64,000 bases of DNA from Octopus sinensis. Its lineage: Eukaryota. The stretch spans positions 10,292,001 through 10,356,000 of the forward strand of contig NC_043009.1 of the NCBI RefSeq assembly GCF_006345805.1, written 5' to 3'. The translations under genes and the position numbers were made by a program. Positions 38,663-53,612 of this stretch are shown here, one piece after another. Under the pieces are notes generated by a model. It was not told the DNA's origin. It saw only the letters and a program-made list of their open reading frames with translations, and did no database searches. The stretch's first letter is position 1, and every line of letters starts with the position of its first letter.

Positions 38663-39064
38663 GCATATATACATATATATATATATATGTGCGTGCACAC
38701 ATATACATACATACGTATGTATGTATATATATATATATATATATATGCATATATACATATACATACATATATGCGTACACACATCTATCTATCTTTCCCT
38801 GGTTTTCTGCCTTTTGGATTTCGTGACACATCAGTGATCAAATGCAACAATTGTGGACACACTTAGAAGTTTAAAAAAAAAAAGTAACTGTTGCTAAATG
38901 TAAAGAAAAGGAAAAAAAAAGACAGTAATTTATTGCATGTTTCATTTTATTAATCATATTTGTGCGTGACGAAAATTACTAATAATACATTTTTTAAACA
39001 CTCAAAAAAATATTGGTATAGAATTTCTTAAGTCATAAGTTTATATTTTAATGATATCCTTTAT

Positions 39065-40001
39065 AGGTGCAGGCGTGGCTGTGTGGTAAGAAGCTTGCTT
39101 CCCAACCATATGGTTCTAGGTTTCAGTCCCACTACGGGGCACCTTGGACAAGTGTCTTCTACTATAGCCTCGGGTCGAGCACAGCCTTGTGAGTGGATTT
39201 GGTAGACGGAAACTGAAAGAAGCTGAAGGATTAAGATTAATCAAAGGACATACTTAGTATGTCTACCTGCTGGAAATAACAGTCAAAACTCCCTTTTTAA
39301 ATTGCCAAAATACACTGATAATAACTACAGAAATCAACCGTCCGAAGGTTGTGTGTGTCTTTTTCCCCCATTACTGTTTGACATTCGGTGTCGCTGTGTT
39401 TACGTTCTCGTAACTTAGCAGTTCAGCAAGAGGAACGGATAAAACAACTACGAGGCTTAACAGAAATAAGTCCTGGGTGTCGATTTATTCGACTAAAAAC
39501 AAATTGCACAAGGTGCTGTCACAGCATGGCCGCAGTCGAATGAGTGGAACAAGTAATAGATAAAGACATCTGCTAAAACCTAGCTTCATAGTTGATGAGA
39601 ATTAATTCCTCACTCAAATGCAAATTTATTCTATTGCCGGTGGTAGTACCTCCAGATTCTCACCGATTCTGTGACAGAGCAGAATAGGTTTTGTGTTTGA
39701 AACACAACGAAAAGCAACAATCAGATTTAAGCTAAAGAAAAGAAAATGATAAGCAAATACGTCTTCCCGTCCGCCACTTCGCCGGATCTCAGTTTTATAG
39801 AAGAGGAAAATAAGGTTCTTTTATCTTTTATGTTTTACTTGTTTCAGTCATTTGACAGCGACCATGCTGGAGTACTACCTTGAGAAATTTTAGTCGAGCC
39901 CCAGTACTTTTTTTTTTAGCTCGGTACTTTTCTACCGGTCTCTTTGCCGAACCGTTAAGTAATGGGGATATAAACACACTAACACCGGTTGTCAACCGGT
40001 G

Positions 40002-40036
<35 letters not shown>

Positions 40037-40037
40037 G

Positions 40038-40080
<43 letters not shown>

Positions 40081-40238
40081 CGCGCTCTTTTCAGTTTCCG
40101 TCTACCAAATGCACTCACAAAATTGTGGTCGGTCCGAGACTGTAGTAGAAGACACATGACCAAGGCGCCACGCAATGGGACTGAACCCGAAGCCATGTGA
40201 TTACGAAGCAAGCTTCTGATCACACAGACACACCTACC
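39065..40238. mobile_element. Convergent pair of diverged SINE-B copies (+ 39065-39567 interrupted; - 39820-40238)
   Basis: Family B head and tail motifs in opposite orientations about 250 bp apart. Confidence 0.8.
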
Positions 40239-40271
40239 ACTAGATTAGGAGATTTGTGTGCACCTTAGATA

Positions 40272-41525
40272 TATGTTTGTCTCACATGAAATGTATTTTA
40301 AATGGGTTTCTTATGAGTCATCTATAAATGGATTTTTAATGAGTTTCTCTCTATATGCTTGTGTTTACTCTTTACTCTTTTTCTTTCTAGACAATACTAT
40401 TATTCAAAATTGCTACCCACATCTCTTATGACAATGTTGACAACTGAACAATACCGAGTGATTTTCTTGTACGAATACAAGTTGGGTCACTCTTCCACCG
40501 AAGCTTTACGAAACTCAAGCGGGCTTTTGGTAACGATTCTGTTGACATTAGAACTGTTGAAAGATGGTTCCAAAGATTTCATTCAAGAAATGATAGCCTT
40601 GAATATGAACCAAAAGGGAGACCAAAATCATTTATTCGGCATGATGAATTGAATGCTTTGATTAAACGAAATCCGAGAACAACGGTCCGAAAAATCGGTT
40701 CAGAGCTTCAGACATCTCCCGCAACTGCTTTTCGGCTCTTGAAGAAAATTGGAAAAGTCAAAAAGATGGATAGGCTTGTTCCTCATCAACTTAATGACAT
40801 TCAAAGAAACAGAAGCCTTACATTATGTTCCATGTTGATTTCTCGGTTGGATAGAGAACCATTTTTGTTTCGATAGAGAACCATTTTTGTATATGTGATA
40901 AGAAATGGATACTCTTTGATAACAGCAGGAGGACAGGGTAGTGGTTATATGCAGGAGAGTCACCAAAACACTACTCAAAACCACCATTGCACCCTAAAAA
41001 GTTGATGGTCACTGTATGGTGGTCAACAAAAGGGGTTAATCATTATTCACTTTTGCAACAAGCAAAATCTGTAACAGTAACATCCTATTTTCAGGAAATT
41101 GATTGTATGCATGAAAAACTAAAAAAGAAGCAACCCAGACTAGTGAATAGACATGCCCCAATTTTGCTTCATGATAATGCACGGCCTCACACCTCTCAAG
41201 CTACGGTCCACAAGTTGCAAAGCCTAATTTTGAAATTTTGGCACATCGTCTATACTCTCCCGATATCTTTCCTACTGATTATCATATATTTAAACACTCC
41301 GAGCTTGCTATACGTAATAAAACATTCTTAAATAAAGAAGAGGTAATTGAAGCATTCGAACAGTTTATCAGTGTAAAAGATGACAAAGCCTTAGGGGAAC
41401 GTTGGATGAAGGTCATAAATGAACAAGGATCATATTTTGATTAAATAAATAAATGTTCTAAAACTTAAAAAAAAAAATTTAATGTTTCCTTTTTCAAATG
41501 AGACCTTTCATGTGAGACAACCTAA
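40272..41525 (+). mobile_element. Full-length but inactive mariner (DD34D) transposon
   Basis: TIRs TT(A)GGTTGTCTCACATGAAA with TA flanks; transposase pieces YRVIFLYEYKLGHS, LVPHQL, PKKLMVTVWW, HDNARPH, YSPDIFPTDYHIF and GSYFD, with frameshifts and stops. Confidence 0.93.
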
Positions 41526-41858
41526 TATTTTCGACATCATTGGAGTGAATTAGCTAATGCCTGAGAAGCAATCCAAGATTTCTTTTCTTTGTCTGAGAGG
41601 AAGTTTTCTTGTTTTGAGGAATGATGAAATGAAAATCTGTAACTTTCATACCATTCCCGAAAATATTAATGGCGACAGATAGCATGTTATTAATTGACGT
41701 CTTATGTTATAACGTTTACGTTCCATACTTCATGATACTGTTTCTTTTGTTTTGGTTATGTTGGTATGAAGTACAGCTGTGCAGTTAAGATCGCTTACAG
41801 GATTATGTGGATGGGTTGGTATTAGATCCCATAGCACAGTATCCTGGGAACTTGCTGT

Positions 41859-42096
41859 AAGGCGGCGAGCTGGCAGAAACGTTAGCACGCCGGGCGAATT
41901 GCTTTGCGGTATTTCGTCTTCCGCTACGTTCTGAGTTCAAATTCCGCTGAGGTCGACTTTGCCTTTCATCCTTTCGGGGTCGATTAAAGAAGTACCACTT
42001 ACGCACTGGGGTCGATATAATCGACTTAATCCGTTTGTCTATCCTTGTTTGTCCTCTCTGTGTTTAGTCCCTTGTGGGTAGTAAAGAAATAGGTAT
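41859..42096 (+). mobile_element. SINE family A, full length
   Basis: Complete AAGGCGGCGAGCTGG to AAATAGGTAT; imperfect 17-bp TSD GTATCCTG(G/A)G(A/C)ACTTGC at 41839-41855 and 42093-42109. Confidence 0.92.
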
Positions 42097-42819
42097 CCTG
42101 AGCACTTGCCTTGAACCTTGTACGGGAAATATCATGGACAGTATCTGTGGCATTCTGTGGGAGGGACTGTTCCTTCTGTTGAGAAATAGGCTGAATTTGT
42201 TGTCAGGTTTAAGACTAACTTCTGACTTTTGAATGGCCTATTCTGTAAGGTTCCGGTGTGAAGCTCCCTTCCTCTCTTCTTCACAGCAGTTTAGTCTAGG
42301 AGGCCCTGAAAAGGGTCATAGACATCGCCCTTTCTCTATTGACTAAGCAATTAAAACAACACACAATTCAGCATGTGCACGGGATCTACATTTCCTGATG
42401 GAGTCGTAGGGGCACTGTCACCAAATGCTGCATCCCTTGAGTAAATAAAACTGATTCATTCCATTCTTCTCCAAGTCTAACGGCAGATGATTTCAGGAGG
42501 AAACAAAGAAAAAAGCGAGCGGATGAGAGACATGTATGTGCATAAAAAAAGGATGCAAAGAAAGCGAATATTTGGTTGATCAACTCCGGAAGTAGGAAAG
42601 GCAAAGTTCACCTTAGCGAGATTTGAACTCAGCGCTCATATATCCGGAATGAATACCACAAGGTACTATGTGCAACTCACTAGTGATTCTGATCATCCAC
42701 CGTTTGAGTGGAGGAATATTTTCTATTAAATCCCTCCCAGTATAATATAAATCAGCCTTTGTGAAATTTGAACCTTGGTCGTGAAGGATAAATATAAAGG
42801 CTTCATAGTATTTTTTATC

Positions 42820-43054
42820 GCACTTGTTTCAGTCATTTGACTGAGGCTAAGCTGGAGCAACGCCTTGGATAGTTTTAGTCAAACAAATCGATTCCAGGAC
42901 TTAGGTTTTTAAAGCCTGGTACTTTGCCTTTCTTTTGCCGAACTACTAAATTACGGTGATGCAAACACACCAACACCGCTTGTCAACCGGTGGTGGCGGG
43001 ACAAATACAGACACAAAGATCCCCCTATATATACATGCATACATTCATTCATTC

Positions 43055-43132
<78 letters not shown>

Positions 43133-43232
43133 TGTATGTATGTATGTATATGATGGCCTTCTTCCAGCTTCTGTCAACCAAATCCACTCACAAGGTTTTG
43201 GTCGGCCCGAGGCTATATAGTAGAAGACACTT
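42820..43232 (-). mobile_element. SINE family B, diverged, head truncated
   Basis: Family B body motifs with an expanded internal microsatellite. Confidence 0.8.
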
Positions 43233-43959
43233 TCAAACGTGCAGTTTCTTGAAGTATCTATCTCTATAATATGTGTTTCTTTCTAAACTGTTAATAGAAT
43301 TAAGACGTATGTTGTTACCACGAACTATTAGAAACAGTAACCTCATATCGTTCCTTTTTCATCAAAAATCGAGAAGGCCACATTGGATAATATAGTCCGA
43401 CGTAAAAAAGAAAAAGAAAATAACCGATGGGTGGTAATGCTTGAAAAATTTTTAATCATTAAATCTGATCGATCAGGATAGACTCAAAACTGAACATTCT
43501 TAACAAGCATTTAAGACCAATCGTGGGTGTAGCCTTTGTTTTCTACAGGGTATGTTAGACATGGCAGCCAAATTTCTTTCAAATGACACTTAACCAACTT
43601 AAGGAAAAACCAGCAGATAACGAAAATTGGGTAAGATAGTCCTTAGTTATACTACGCAATAAATAGATAAATAAATAAATAAAATAAAACAAAATCAACC
43701 TTCCCTTCAAAAAAGAAAAGAAGAAAGCTAGACACAGGCAAGGCCGAGTGCTAAGACACAGGCAAGGCCGAGTTCAATCTCACTGTGCAGGATGTTTGGT
43801 ATGTGTCTTTTACTATTTATAAAAAAGTATATGGAACTAAGCCATGGGATCATGTCGGGCTTCTTCTAAAGATTGGCGAAAACAAAGATAAATTTGAACA
43901 AAGCTGTGTTCCTAATTCAGAACAGTTAAAATTCAATGACACTTTATTCAATAGTGTTG

Positions 43960-44349
43960 CTGTTGTTGCTTTGTTTGTTTGTTGAGCGAAGCGGTCTTCG
44001 TCCCTAGTGGGAGAAGTCCGAAACGTGGTCCTTTTGCTATTCGTAAGACCCGCAGAAGAGAAAGCAGGTCAACCCCCTCTCCCGACACCGAGAGCATCGA
44101 CGGATGGATGAATGTGTATCCAGGCTCAGCGGTTGCATAGGAAGTCGGGGACAAGAAACAGGAAGAAAGTGTGAGAGAAAGTTGGAGCGAAAGAGTACAA
44201 CAGGGGTCGCCACCACCCCCTGCCGGAGCCTCGTGTAGCTTTAGGTGTTTTCGCTCAATAAACACACACAACGCCCGGTCTGAGAATCGAAACCGCGATC
44301 CTCCGACCGCGAGTCTGCTGCCCTAACCATTGGGCCATTGCGCCTCCAC
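43960..44349 (-). mobile_element. SINE family C, tail type 1
   Basis: Homologous to 16702-17095; GCTGTTG(T/C)TGCT on both flanks. Confidence 0.88.
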
Positions 44350-44664
44350 GCTGTTGCTGCTGATATCTATATTATCTCTGATTTGAGAGATATATATGAT
44401 CAAAGATTTCCCTCTCCGCGGTTTTCCTAAATTTCAGTTTCATACACAATAAATCCAAAGACACATTTATTCATATATTCTTTATTTTTAAGGCGACAGC
44501 TAATGATTTAGCTGCTATTTCTAGTCTGACTCACGCATGCTCGTTGTTATAGTGCAGTTGTTCCCCAAGTTTTTCACAATGGTTCCCAACAGTGGTGCTC
44601 AACCTTCTTATTTAAATGAGTTTTCCTACGGTCACCTTTTAAGATGTGTGTGTGTGTATTATGT

Positions 44665-44938
44665 TATTTGTTTCAGTCATTTGACTGCAGCCATGCTGGA
44701 GCACTGCCTTTAGTCGAATAAGTCGACCGCAGGACTTATTCTTTGTACGCATATATATATATGTGTGTGTGTGAATATATATATGACGAGCTTCTTTCAG
44801 TTTCCGTCTACCAAATCCACCCAGAAGGGTTTGGTCGGCCCGCGGCTATAGTAGAAGGCACTTGTCCAAGGTGCCATGCAGTGGGACTGAACCCGGAGCC
44901 ATGTGGCTGGTTAGCAAGCTACTTACCGCACAACCAGT
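44665..44938 (-). mobile_element. SINE family B, internally deleted
   Basis: Head and 3' tail present; middle segment missing. Confidence 0.8.
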
Positions 44939-45118
44939 CATATATATATATATAATATATATATATATATATTATTTTTCATTCCCTTCGAAATTGCTCT
45001 GAAATGTGGTTTTAGTTATTTTGACTGCTTCTTCTAGCGTTTAAAATTACCTGTTAAAGGTAGTTTCCCTTGTGTTTAAATGTACACTATTTTATATTGA
45101 GAATATGTTGTGTATGTG

Positions 45119-45196
<78 letters not shown>

Positions 45197-45789
45197 ATAT
45201 GTATATATATACAGACATACATACATACATGCATATATATATGAAATTTTGAATGTAGTTCACGCCCCCCCCCCAGTGCTACCTTTGCGGCCCTAGGCTG
45301 GGAACCACTGTTATAGTGTATTGTAATAGAGGACAGCATATATAATACAAGAGTTTTAGTATAGCCCTTTAGCGTTCAAACCAGCCACAACCTGCTCAAA
45401 TAGTCCACATGTTTTATGTTAAAACTGGCGAGAGATGGCTTCTCACACCTGTCATACAATGTCATTCTAAATATAGACAATCACAATTGAAATCGTAATG
45501 TTATGAGATAATGTAGGATTAATTCGAAACAATGTGAATGCATCAGCGTTGCATTCAGTAATCTAAACTTTGAAGGAGCAGGGTCTTCCTGTGGTTAACT
45601 TATTTATATATAAACTCTGTCATTTAAAGGTTGCTCTATCGCCAGGAAATGGAGTTCTGACTGTTGAACACACACACGCTATTAGATCCGTTTATTGTTT
45701 AACAAAGTTATATTATGACACTCAGTAGGTAACATAACGCTTATTTTATGTCACGCTGAGTTTTTAGTCTGAAGCTAAGAATAACACTT

Positions 45790-47072
45790 TCACTGTTTAA
45801 ATATTGGCTTCTAATTCTGACATAAGGTCAGCAAGTTAGCGGGAGGGGCTAAGCCAGTTACATGGACCCCGCGGCTCAACTGGTACTTATTTTATCGACC
45901 CCGAAAGGATGAAAGGCAGAGTCGATCTCGGTGGAATTTGAACTCAGAACACAAAGACGGACGAAATGCTGTGAAGCAGTTTGTCTGACGTTTCACTGTT
46001 TAAATATTGGTTTCAAATTTTGGCACAAGGCCAGCAATTTCAAAAGAACAGGGTTATTAAATCGATTACATCGACCCCATTGCTCAATTGGTACTTATTT
46101 TATCGACCCAGAAAAAAAGAAAGTCAACGTGGACCTCGGCGGAATTTCCGCTGTTTCAATGTCCCTTTCTACTCTAGGCACAAAGCCGGAGATTTTTGGG
46201 TAGGGGTCCAGTCGATTAGATGAACCCCAGTACGCAACTGGCACTTGACCTCGGTGGCCACTTTATAAATATTAAACACTGTGATAAGACGTTGAGCTGG
46301 TTCAATCCTTAGCACGTCGGGCAAAATGCTTTGTGGCATTTCATCCGTCTTTGTCCTTTGAGTTCAAATTTCGCCGAGGTCGATTTTGCCTTTCATCATT
46401 TCGAGGTCGATAAATTAAGCACCAGCTGAGCCCTGGAGTTGATGCAGTCGACTTCCTTACGGCCTCGAAATTGCGGAACTTGTGCCAAAATTTCAAACCA
46501 ATATTATACACTGTGATATATACATTCAGGCACTCACTAACATACATACATATATGTGTGTATATATAGTTATACACATAGTTTACTAACATACATATAT
46601 GTGTGTATATATACTTTATACACACAGTTTCAGTTCCCGACCACCAAATCCACTCAGAAGGCTTTGGTCGGCCCACGGCTATAGTAGAAGTAATACATAT
46701 ATATATATATTATATATATACTTACACATATTTATGTATGTTTATATGTACATGTTCTTTTTATTCTTTTATTTGTTTCAATCATTTTACTGCGGCTATG
46801 CTGGAACAGCGCCTTGGAGGGTTTTTGTCGAATAAATCAACCCCAGGACTTATTTTTTAAAACATGTAACATATTCTATCGGTCTCTTTTGCCGAACTGC
46901 TTGTTTACGGGGACGTAAACACATCAACACCGGTTGTCGAGCGGTGATGGGGGTACAAACACAGACACAAAGACACCACACACACACATACACACACACA
47001 CGCACAGAGGGAATGAACCCGGAACCATGTGGTTCAGAAAGAAGGTTGTTACCATACAGCCATGCCCGCACC
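45790..47072. mobile_element. Cluster of older SINE-A-related copies (45800-46260 minus, 46290-46505 plus) and SINE-B pieces (46620-47072 minus)
   Basis: Central domain ATCGACCCCGAAAGGATGAAAGGC present, with a different tail (GCCTTGTGCCAAAATTTGAAACCAATA); TTTCACTGTTTAAATATTGG repeated at 45788 and 45991. Confidence 0.75.
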
Positions 47073-47207
47073 TGCGCTTTATATATCTCTATATTTGTAT
47101 ATTTATGTCTATATTTGTATATATGTCTATATTTTTTTGTATTTATATATGTCTATATTTATATATGTATGTCTATATTTGTATTTATATATGTCTATAT
47201 TTGTATA

Positions 47208-47246
<39 letters not shown>

Positions 47247-47349
47247 AGCATCAACATATATTTGCATATGTATGTATTTACTAAAACTAAATTGCGCCGA
47301 GTTCCTTCCGTGGTTTGTGTCCTGCTTTGTTCTCAACAAATAATACAAT

Positions 47350-47381
<32 letters not shown>

Positions 47382-47861
47382 CACAAACACACACATACAC
47401 ACACACTACAAGCATTTTTTGCATAAGGACAAAATGAATGATTGTAAAAATGTTATAAAGGAAGTAATCGATCTCAATATATCATGATTTGTGACTGGTT
47501 TACTAGTTTGATATACTAGTTGAACAACACCAAAAGGGAGAAGCTAAACAGAAAAGAGATTTTTGCCCTGCCCTCGGGTGTTTCCGTCAACACACTACGT
47601 AATTTCTTACCATTGCCTTGATTCAGCTTTCCTTTGTGTTTTTAGCTTCCTTATGCACTAAAGAAGGTAAAATAAATGAATAGATAAAGAAAGAAATAGA
47701 AAATATACTGGCGGACTTTTCATAGAAGGTTGAGAAAGAAACGCTTTATCTTTAAGTTAGAAACTCAGATATGTAAAGCTAATAGTTTGTTATGCTAAAG
47801 TCATTAGCTAAAGTCATTAGCTATATTTAATTACAAAAAAAAGTATTATTGTTTATTTTAC

Positions 47862-48252
47862 ACTTTTACTTGTTTCAGTCATTTGACTGCGGCCATGCTG
47901 GGGCACCGCCTTTAGTCGAGCAAAATCGACCCCATGGTTTATTCTTCGTAAACCTAGTACTTATTCTATCAGTCTCTTTTGCCGAACCGCTAAGTTACGG
48001 GGACGTAAACACACCAGCATCGGTTGTCAAGCGATATTGGGGGCACAAACACAGACACACAAACACACATACATATATATACATATATACGACGGGCTTC
48101 TTTCAGTTTCCGTCTACCAAATCCATTTACAAGGCTTTGGTCGGCCCGAGGCTATAGTAGAAGACACTTGCCCAAGGTGCCACACTGTGGAACTGAACCC
48201 GGAACTATGCGGTTGGTAAGCAAGCTACTTACCACACAGCCACTCCTACGCC
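47862..48252 (-). mobile_element. SINE family B, full length
   Basis: Complete head, body and tail. Confidence 0.9.
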
Positions 48253-48766
48253 TATATGAGGACATATTTTTCTCTTCTTTTTTTCTTAGGATACTAAATC
48301 TTTTGTATCGATTTTCTAAACACTTAAATTATATTTTTAATAACATGCGATACTGCTTGTTCCTAGTTACGCATGAACGTTTCAGAGCCACTATATTAAT
48401 TTATCGAAAAAAAAAAGCCATTTATTATTATTGTGAACTTGAATAAAAAGTTGGATTTTCTTAAAGTTAGTGACTTCTGTAAGCTTTTTTAATTTTTTTT
48501 TTACAGCTACGCTTAATAATTTAAAGGAAAAAAATGTCATACAAGTTGTCAAAATGATAATAAATTTTATTTCATGTCGTAAACGGACTCCTGCAATGTT
48601 GAAGAAGTATGTTCTAAGATTAACCTAAATAAGATTTGAACCCAGAAACAACGCATGACAAAAAAACGCGCAGCATTTCCGGACGTGCCCTACTGAATCT
48701 CACATGTACCATGCTGTTTTAATACATACATACATACATACATAATACATACATACATACATACAT

Positions 48767-48801
<35 letters not shown>

Positions 48802-49366
48802 TACATACATACATACATACATACATACATACATACATACATACATACATAATACATACATACATACATACATACATACATAATACATACATAATACATA
48901 CATAATACATACATACATACATAATACATACATACATACATAATACATACATACATACATATATACATAAGCAATTACGTTCGTATGTATGTATGCATGT
49001 ACGTATGTATGTATACGTGTGTATACACACACATATAGATATACATACACACAATATAATATATCGTAACATAATTTAATATAGTCTAATATAATATAAT
49101 ATAATATAATATATTAGTATAACTTAAGACAATATAATATATTATGATATATATATATATATATATATACATATATTTGTGCGTGTGTGCGTGTGTGTGA
49201 GGCCGGTGCATAATTTCTGTGTACCACTTCTACCTTATGAAGCTTTGTTAAAGCACAGGTTATGGGATAAGACGCTTGCGTAGGTGCCACGTGGCAGATT
49301 GGGTGGTCCGACCCCAGAACCATGTAGCATGTAACTGCAGAGCGAACTACTAAAGAATACGGTCAT

Positions 49367-49397
<31 letters not shown>

Positions 49398-50080
49398 ATG
49401 TTTTTGATAATATATATGTATAAATGTCATTATATAAATATAAATATAAATATAAATATATATATTCATATAATACGTATATTGATTAAAGTTACTATAA
49501 CTCGACCAACGAGGTTTAATTGTTCTTTTATCACACCTTTTAGTTGGCAGAAAGTGCCACATAAGTTGCTTAAAAAGAGGGAGGCAGTCGCTGTGCAACT
49601 TCTGCAAATAATAGCAGACGGCTTAACTTTTTCAATAGCAGTAGACAGGCTGGCTTCCCTCCACTACAGTGAAAACTACCTCTCCCGTTGAAGAGGTTGT
49701 CAGCTGTTTCTCTCTTCTTTCAGACTTCATCACTTGCGCCCTCTACACGTTGTTTTATGCATGACCATCAAGTACGGTCACTCCCAGCATACACTTGGAG
49801 GACACGGGAAATTATGCAGCTGAAGAGAGGGAGAGGAGGTGACGTTACACGTGAAATAACTTTTTCCATTGGGACTTAGAGAAGTGTTTGCCTGTTAAAG
49901 GAGGTGCACGGGAACTGAATTAAACTTAAAATGGAATTAATAAAATAAATAACCCCACTTGAAATATTTTATCGACAAATTTAATTTAAATAACTAAATG
50001 TAATATGAGATCAAAGAAAACTTTCTTTTTAGTCATATACTAGAAAGAACATCATGTCTAAATCTATCAATATATATATA

Positions 50081-50201
<121 letters not shown>

Positions 50202-50449
50202 TAGTGAGAGAGAGAGAGAGGAGAGGGAGAGAGACAAAGACACGTGCACACGTCACAATTTTCAGTCAACGAGTTTACCTTGCAAAAACGGCGATTGTAT
50301 ACTCCCTTTTTTTCTTTGTTAACGAAGGATCATATATGTTTATCACATACGTATATCATACCATATATTATGTATGTATGTATGTATGTAGTATGTATGT
50401 ATGTATGTATGTTGTATGTATGTAGTATGTATGTATGTATGTATGTATG

Positions 50450-50490
<41 letters not shown>

Positions 50491-51166
50491 TGGCGCTTTA
50501 ATTTTTCTTAACTTCACTAAGTTTGATTAAACTGTATTTTTACTTTAAATGAACTGTCAATTGATAATTTAATATTTATATCAATCTGGTTAAATAAAGC
50601 ATATTTAAATTAATTTCATTATTTTTCATTAATTAATTAACTCTTCAAGAAAACTCCTATTTTCGTTTTCGTCTTTCGTTGATAACTTTCTTACAAATAT
50701 GCATAATAGAAAACATATCAACGAACAAAATAAAGTTTAGACTGTTTGTTTTAGGCCTAACAATACGAAAATTTTGTGTCAAAACTGCTTAAGATGCGTT
50801 TCGAAAACTAACAATACGTCTGTGAGTAAGCAAAGTTTAACACAGAACTGTTTCATCATGAAATGAAATATAATAGTTAGAAGTAGGAACTGAACTTATC
50901 GTTGATGGGCATAACATTTTCTTACGATTTTTAAAAGATTATACTGTATTAATATTTGATTTCAAGTTAGTAGCATTTATAAGTATAAAAGTTTTTGGTG
51001 AATTTCTATTTAACTTACAACAAAGTTGATATGAAAGTTGCACAAGTCATATTTCTCTCACTATTGTTCCAGGATTCGCTGGCTATATATGTACATGTAT
51101 ATGTATATCTATATCTATATGCATATATAAGTGCATATATGTGTGTGTGTGAGTGTATGTTGTCAG

Positions 51167-51234
51167 GCCAAAAGGCCAAACCACCTGGAATGATGGTAAT
51201 AAAATCAAATATTACTAAACGAACTTCTGCAATG
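51167..51234 (+). other. Candidate exon of an unidentified host gene
   Basis: TTGTCAG acceptor-like site, open frame QKAKPPGMMVIKSNITKRTSAM, consensus donor ATG|GTAAGT. No recognisable homology. Confidence 0.25.
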
Positions 51235-52399
51235 GTAAGTTTGGGCTTTTTTATGATGGCTAAAAGTGTTGTCTTTGTTATAAGCTTCAAAGTTCTCCTT
51301 TATTCATTTGGTATTGTATGTGATGAAAGATATTAACTTTCTTTCATCAAATGAATAAAGTGAAAAAGACGAGGAGAAAAACGTAAATAAGACAGAGAGA
51401 GAAAGAAAGAGAGTATGTTGCAGATTAGATCTAAACAAATGGTTAGTAATAGTTTTAAAGTGTTGGGAATTAGCATATATATCTTCAGATAAAAGCTGTT
51501 TCTATGAGTTAATTTGTGAAAATCATTTCTCACTTAATTTGGAAAACTTTGTATCTGTCACGTGTCAGTTTCCCTCTACTCTGCCTTGTAATCAATATTA
51601 AATAAAATATATAAAAAAGCATTCAAAAGTAGAAAGACATTAGCGTGGTGTTTTGTGTGTGTTATGTATGTTTGTGTTTGTTATGTGCGTGGTAGGGATG
51701 TGAGTTATTGTCAAACTTAAATGCATAAAGAAACTTGTGAACGCAACAGAATTAGTTCCAAGAGTAAAGAAGAAGGAAGGAACAAAAACAGGAAATAAAA
51801 TGAAACAAAATATTCATATTTACTGTAAAGTAGGAATGGCTTAGATAGATGGGAGAAAGTTGACAAAGAATGGAATGGTAATTGGGATAATAGGAATGAA
51901 AGATAATCTCTTGGAATAATGTGTGGAAAAAAAGACAGAAGGGTTGATGGAGAAAGTTTCACATGTTGACAGGGTACTTTATAGTAACCCTTTAAAAGTG
52001 AAATTGTGTGGTTGGGGGGGACACCCCTTTGTTTAAAGAAGAAGAAAAAAAACCCAGAAAACCTTAAGTAACATTTGCAGAAGTTTCTCTTTTCCCTTCT
52101 TTGTGTTTTGCACTCAAAATGGAAAAAAGAAAAGGAACGAAGTCCTTTTTTCTGTACGTGAGTACTTGCATAAATGACAGAGTGGGTACGTGTGTGTGTG
52201 TGGCTGTGTTTGAATGACATGTCTGCTTGAAAGCTTATATGTTTGTGTATGTGTTTGTGTAATAGTTGTGTGTGTGTGTGTGTGTTTGTGTTTGTGTGTG
52301 TGTGAATAGGTGTATGTAAGTATACATTTGTGAGTATGTGTGAATGTATGGATGTCACTTTGCAGACTGTGTGTTTATACAAGTAAGCTTGTATGCATA

Positions 52400-52487
<88 letters not shown>

Positions 52488-53573
52488 TGTGTGTTTGTGT
52501 GTGTCTATGGTTGTGTTTGAATGACAGGGCTGCATGTAAGTTTATATGTGCGTATGTGTGTGATAGATGCATGTGTGTGAATAGGTGTAAGTGTATATTT
52601 GTGAGTATGTGTGAATGTATGGATAGCTGTTTGAAGGCTGTGTATATCTGTGTATGCATCTATGCTTGTGTCTAAGTAAACTTGTAGCTATATGTGTATA
52701 TATATATTTATGTGTGTGCGTGTGTGTGGTGTGTACGTGTATGTGTGTTTCTATAAGTACTATGTATGTGTGTATGCATGTATGTATGTATGTGTGTGTG
52801 AGTGATGAGGAACAAAATGATTTTCCAGTACCAAACAAACAGGGAAGACGAAAGAGAAGAAGGAAGTGAAAAAGGTGGGAAGTGCTTCTTCCTGTTTTTG
52901 TTTGATTCACCCCCATCGCCACCCCAAACCAAACAGATATAACACCTACATCAAGCCACGCTCCACCCCACCGCGCACACACACACACACACTCTCTAAC
53001 ACTTTTGAACTCCATTTTTTTAGTTTATTTTATTTCATTTTTCTATTGTTTTTTTTTCCTTCATCAATTCAGTTTATTGAGGTCATTCCCCATTTGGTCT
53101 TCTATTTCGACCTTCTCATTATTCTTACTTCCCACCCAGGCACCCAGCCAAACTTACCTAAGTGAACACCCAACCAACCAACCAGCCCCTCGCCCCCTTT
53201 AAAGATACAACTTACACACACCACCCTATATTCAAAAACAAACTTAGACTCATACAAACACACCCCTTTATACGTATATTTTCTTTCTTATCAAAAATTA
53301 TATTTCGCCTATCTCTCTTTTTCTCTCTCTCTCTTTTCTCCACTTCTCGCTCTCCCTTTGCTCATCACTCTTTTTCTTTCTATTATAATTTTCTCCCACC
53401 CCCTCCGTTTTCCTGATTTCCATGAGGCTCTATTACATGTCAGATGCTTCCCCCCAGAGTTGTTTTTGCTTTTTCTGTGCAGAAGGTGGGTAGCCTGGGG
53501 ACTAATACTGCCACTCGATGTATGTATCGTTAATCTAAAAGAAAAGTCCGAAGGGTGTTTGAGAGGAAGAAGA

Positions 53574-53612
<39 letters not shown>

